A stretch of DNA of 64,000 nt from Nitrospirales bacterium (lineage in GTDB: Bacteria; Nitrospirota; Nitrospiria; Nitrospirales; UBA8639): the NCBI GenBank assembly GCA_963555755.3, contig OY820905.2:4032001-4096000 (forward strand), written 5' to 3'. The notes below the pieces were generated by a model. The model had not been told where the DNA came from. It did no database searches and was given only the letters and a program-made list of their open reading frames with translations. Position 1 is the first letter of the stretch, and each line of letters starts with the position of its first letter. This document shows positions 61,349 through 64,000 of the stretch, one piece after another. Position numbers and translations under genes: made by a program.

Positions 61349-62983
61349 ATGGTACATTCTTCTTGTATGGGAAAGCGAGCTTCGCGCTGGTCGATCGCAC
61401 TGCTGACGGCGGCGCTTCTCGTCGTAGGCGTTGCGGAGGTCCGGGCCCAGTTCGAGGCTCGGTCGGTCGACGGAAGCGGGAACAATATGGCCAACCCGCA
61501 GTGGGGAATGGCGGGGACGCAACTGCTCCGGCTCGCGCCGGAGGCTTATGGCAACGGCATAGATACGCCGGCGGGTGGGACGAGGATCAGCCCCCGCGAG
61601 GTCAGCAACATGCTCTCGGCGCAGATGAGCGACATACCGAACAGCGTCGGGGCGAGCGACTGGATCTGGCAATGGGGCCAGTTCTTGGATCACGACATCG
61701 ACCTCACGCCCGACAACAGCGCCGAGCCGCTGCCAATCTCCGTGCCGGCGGGGGATCCCTTCTTCGATCCCGGAGAAACCGGCACGCAGGAAATTGGGTT
61801 CAACCGCTCGATCACCGATCCAAGTACGGGGACGGGGACCAGCAATCCCCGCCAGCAGCTCAACCTGATCACCTCGTTCATTGACGCCTCGAACGTCTAT
61901 GGTTTGGACGCCCTGCGAGCGGCGACCCTGAGGACCAACGACGGGACGGGGCGGCTCGCCTCGACAAAGGGCGGGCTGGCGCTGCCGTTCAACACCGACG
62001 GGCTAGCCAACGCCGGCGGTCCGGACCCGAGCCTCTATCTGGCCGGCGACGTGCGCGCCAACGAGCAGATCGCCCTGACAGCCACGCATACGCTCTTCAT
62101 GCGTGAGCACAACCGCCTGGCCGCGGAGCTCGCCGACAATGACCCGAGCCTGACCGGCGAGGAGATCTATCAGCAGGCACGCAAGATCGTGGGCGCCCTG
62201 ATTCAAGTAATCACCTACAACGAGTTCCTACCGATCCTCTTAGGCCCGGGGGCACTCCCGGATTACGCCGGCTATGACGATTCGATCGAGGCGGGGATCT
62301 CGAACGAGTTCTCGACCGGGGCCTATCGATACGGGCACAGTATGCTCTCGGAGACGCTGCTGCGCGCCAACAAGTCGCTCAACCAGAAGGCCGATACTTC
62401 GCTCAGGGACGCCTTCTTCAACCCGAAACTCCTCTTCAAGGGCGGGGGGATCGAGGCGCTGCTGCTCGGGCTTACAACCCAGCAAGCCCAGGAGGTGGAT
62501 ACCCTTATGGTCGACGGCGTGCGCAACTTCCTCTTCGGCCTGGCGGGCTCGGGCGGCTTCGATCTGGCGTCGCTGAACCTCCAGCGCGGGCGCGATCATG
62601 GCCTCTCGGACTACACGGCCGTCCGGTTTGCCCTCAGGCTCCGCAAGGTGAAGGACTTCGATGACATCACTTCGAACCCAGAGCTCCAGGCGAGGCTCGC
62701 GGCGACCTACAGCGACGTGGACGATATTGACCTCTGGATGGGCGGCCTGGCCGAGGACCACGTGGCCGGCGCGCTCGTCGGCGAGACGTTCCACGCCATC
62801 ATGGTGGACCAGTTCACGCGCCTGCGCGATGGCGACCGTTTCTGGTATCAGAATGATTCGTTCTTCACGAACAACCCCGGCCTAATGAACGAGGTAGAAG
62901 CCACGACGCTGGGCGACATCATTCGTCGCAATACGAACCTCGAAGACGAGATGCTCGATGACGCCTTCACCTTGAACAACTAA
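61349..62983 (+). CDS. Secreted animal-type heme peroxidase (peroxidase-cyclooxygenase family)
   Basis: RSVDGSGNN, WGQFLDHDID, GDVRANEQ, REHNR, YRYGHS, QRGRDHG, RDGDRFWY. Confidence 0.95.
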   Translation: MVHSSCMGKRASRWSIALLTAALLVVGVAEVRAQFEARSVDGSGNNMANPQWGMAGTQLLRLAPEAYGNGIDTPAGGTRISPREVSNMLSAQMSDIPNSVGASDWIWQWGQFLDHDIDLTPDNSAEPLPISVPAGDPFFDPGETGTQEIGFNRSITDPSTGTGTSNPRQQLNLITSFIDASNVYGLDALRAATLRTNDGTGRLASTKGGLALPFNTDGLANAGGPDPSLYLAGDVRANEQIALTATHTLFMREHNRLAAELADNDPSLTGEEIYQQARKIVGALIQVITYNEFLPILLGPGALPDYAGYDDSIEAGISNEFSTGAYRYGHSMLSETLLRANKSLNQKADTSLRDAFFNPKLLFKGGGIEALLLGLTTQQAQEVDTLMVDGVRNFLFGLAGSGGFDLASLNLQRGRDHGLSDYTAVRFALRLRKVKDFDDITSNPELQARLAATYSDVDDIDLWMGGLAEDHVAGALVGETFHAIMVDQFTRLRDGDRFWYQNDSFFTNNPGLMNEVEATTLGDIIRRNTNLEDEMLDDAFTLNN

Positions 62984-63214
62984 TCAGCCTTCGACGTTGC
63001 CTCGGGGCCCAAGGCTGTTTCGTTTCAGCACATGTTGGAAAAATAAGGGGGGGATTGTTTCCTACTCGTTTAGCAAAGCTGGAAGCGCAAGCCAGCGTCG
63101 TCCCCGTCAGCCTGCATTGAGCAGCAACGTTCGCCGTCACAAAGAGCCTCATCGTGTCGGCGGTGGGGCTTTTTCTTTTGCAATCACACCTAAATACAGT
63201 ATCCTTCCTCCATC

Positions 63215-63418
63215 ATGGCTTCCCCCCTCGACCCCCAAACCCTCGTTACCCTCGAAGAGCTCAGCATTGACGATAATCCCAAAGAAGTCAGAGGGAAATA
63301 TTTCAGGATTGTGGGGAGGCTTATAGTTGATGGGCAGGACCTTTCCGATATGCTTATTCAAAAGCAATTAGCCGTCCCTTATCATGGGGGAACGAAGACC
63401 AAGGATTGGTGTGGGTGA
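63215..63418 (+). pseudogene. Chimera: MASPLDP gene start fused to a thermonuclease C-terminal tail
   Basis: MASPLDPQTLVTLEEL plus RGKYFRIVG...LAVPYHGGTKTKDWCG. Confidence 0.65.
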
Positions 63419-63431
63419 AAAGGAGGAACCA

Positions 63432-63731
63432 ATGAAGACGCTAGACAGGATTATTCTAATTGTTTTGGTTATTGGAATTTGGGGATTAATAGGGACGATG
63501 TGGGTAAAGCCAAGCAATGTGGATGCACACGATGGACATACCCATGAAAGCATTGATGTGTTCGGCGTAGCAGAAGAATACCACTCGCATGATTATGCGG
63601 AGGAAGGCCACTCGCATGATTATGCAGAGAGAGACCACTCGCATAATGTCTTTGCTATTTACAATTTCAAGAGCGCTATAGTACGCATCCTATTAGATTG
63701 CTCTGTCGATGGGGATTCTATTTCGTGCTAA
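63432..63731 (+). CDS. Small membrane-anchored His-rich repeat protein
   Basis: N-terminal TM helix; HSHDYAE repeats with a 27-bp period; AGGAGG SD. Confidence 0.75.
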   Translation: MKTLDRIILIVLVIGIWGLIGTMWVKPSNVDAHDGHTHESIDVFGVAEEYHSHDYAEEGHSHDYAERDHSHNVFAIYNFKSAIVRILLDCSVDGDSISC

Positions 63732-63756
63732 ATACAAGGAGGAACCCTATTTTGGG

Positions 63757-63882
63757 GGAAAATATTTCAGGATTGTAGGGAGACTGATCGCCGATGGCGT
63801 GGATATTTCAGACTTGCTGATACAACAACACTTAGCGGTTCTCTATGATGGGGGGACGAAGACCAAGGATTGGTGTGAGTAA
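63757..63882 (+). pseudogene. Thermonuclease-like C-terminal fragment, second copy
   Basis: GKYFRIVGRLIADGVDISDLLIQQHLAVLYDGGTKTKDWCE*; no start codon. Confidence 0.65.
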
Positions 63883-63947
63883 GAATAGGGTAGTTGCCCC
63901 AATGACCCCGTTGCCTAAGATGTGAAGCTACTTACCTAAGTTTTCCA

Positions 63948-64000
63948 ATGAAACCCGTTAGCACTATCGTAGTTGTCGTCTTTGCCTTGGTTGCCGTCGT
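63948..64000 (+). CDS. Small membrane protein, partial; duplicate of 4676-4861
   Basis: MKPVSTIVVVVFALVAV, identical at DNA level. Confidence 0.75.
   Translation, partial: MKPVSTIVVVVFALVAV

Overview
Bacterial chromosomal window, most likely Nitrospirales (inferred from the PEP-CTERM tail, the cyanase and the MITE/REP types). A ~54-kb region lies between the ends of two related integrative elements. The left element ends in a tRNA-Thr(CGT) 3' half (6547-6591) and the right element starts at a tRNA-Leu-like 3' end (60741-60759, minus strand). They share ~295 bp of att-adjacent sequence in inverted orientation and recycled cargo (thermonuclease-tail fragments, a small membrane gene, one terminator family). 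The core carries a PAS/GAF two-component cluster, a POT transporter, lpxC with a sigma-54 promoter, trkA, slipin/nfeD, trmI-REC-HD-GYP, pyrE, an SDR, an ALDH and a Na+/proline-type symporter, plus frameshifted fic, amber-interrupted cynS and a truncated RAYT. Main candidate system: a 902-aa tandem BrxD/DUF2791-like ATPase with no other BREX genes, and a decayed paralogous locus (possible partner gene, MITE-interrupted c-di-GMP-I-like riboswitch, internally deleted ATPase, sensor-truncated kinase, receiver). 44.9-60.4 kb is an accessory mosaic of SEL1/TPR proteins, a DUF1598-like operon and a P450/GT4 pair, punctuated by three near-identical MITEs. At least five MITE families occur, some nested and several altering genes. 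No CRISPR array, rRNA or full-length tRNA was seen. Family assignments come from motif recognition only; no searches were run.
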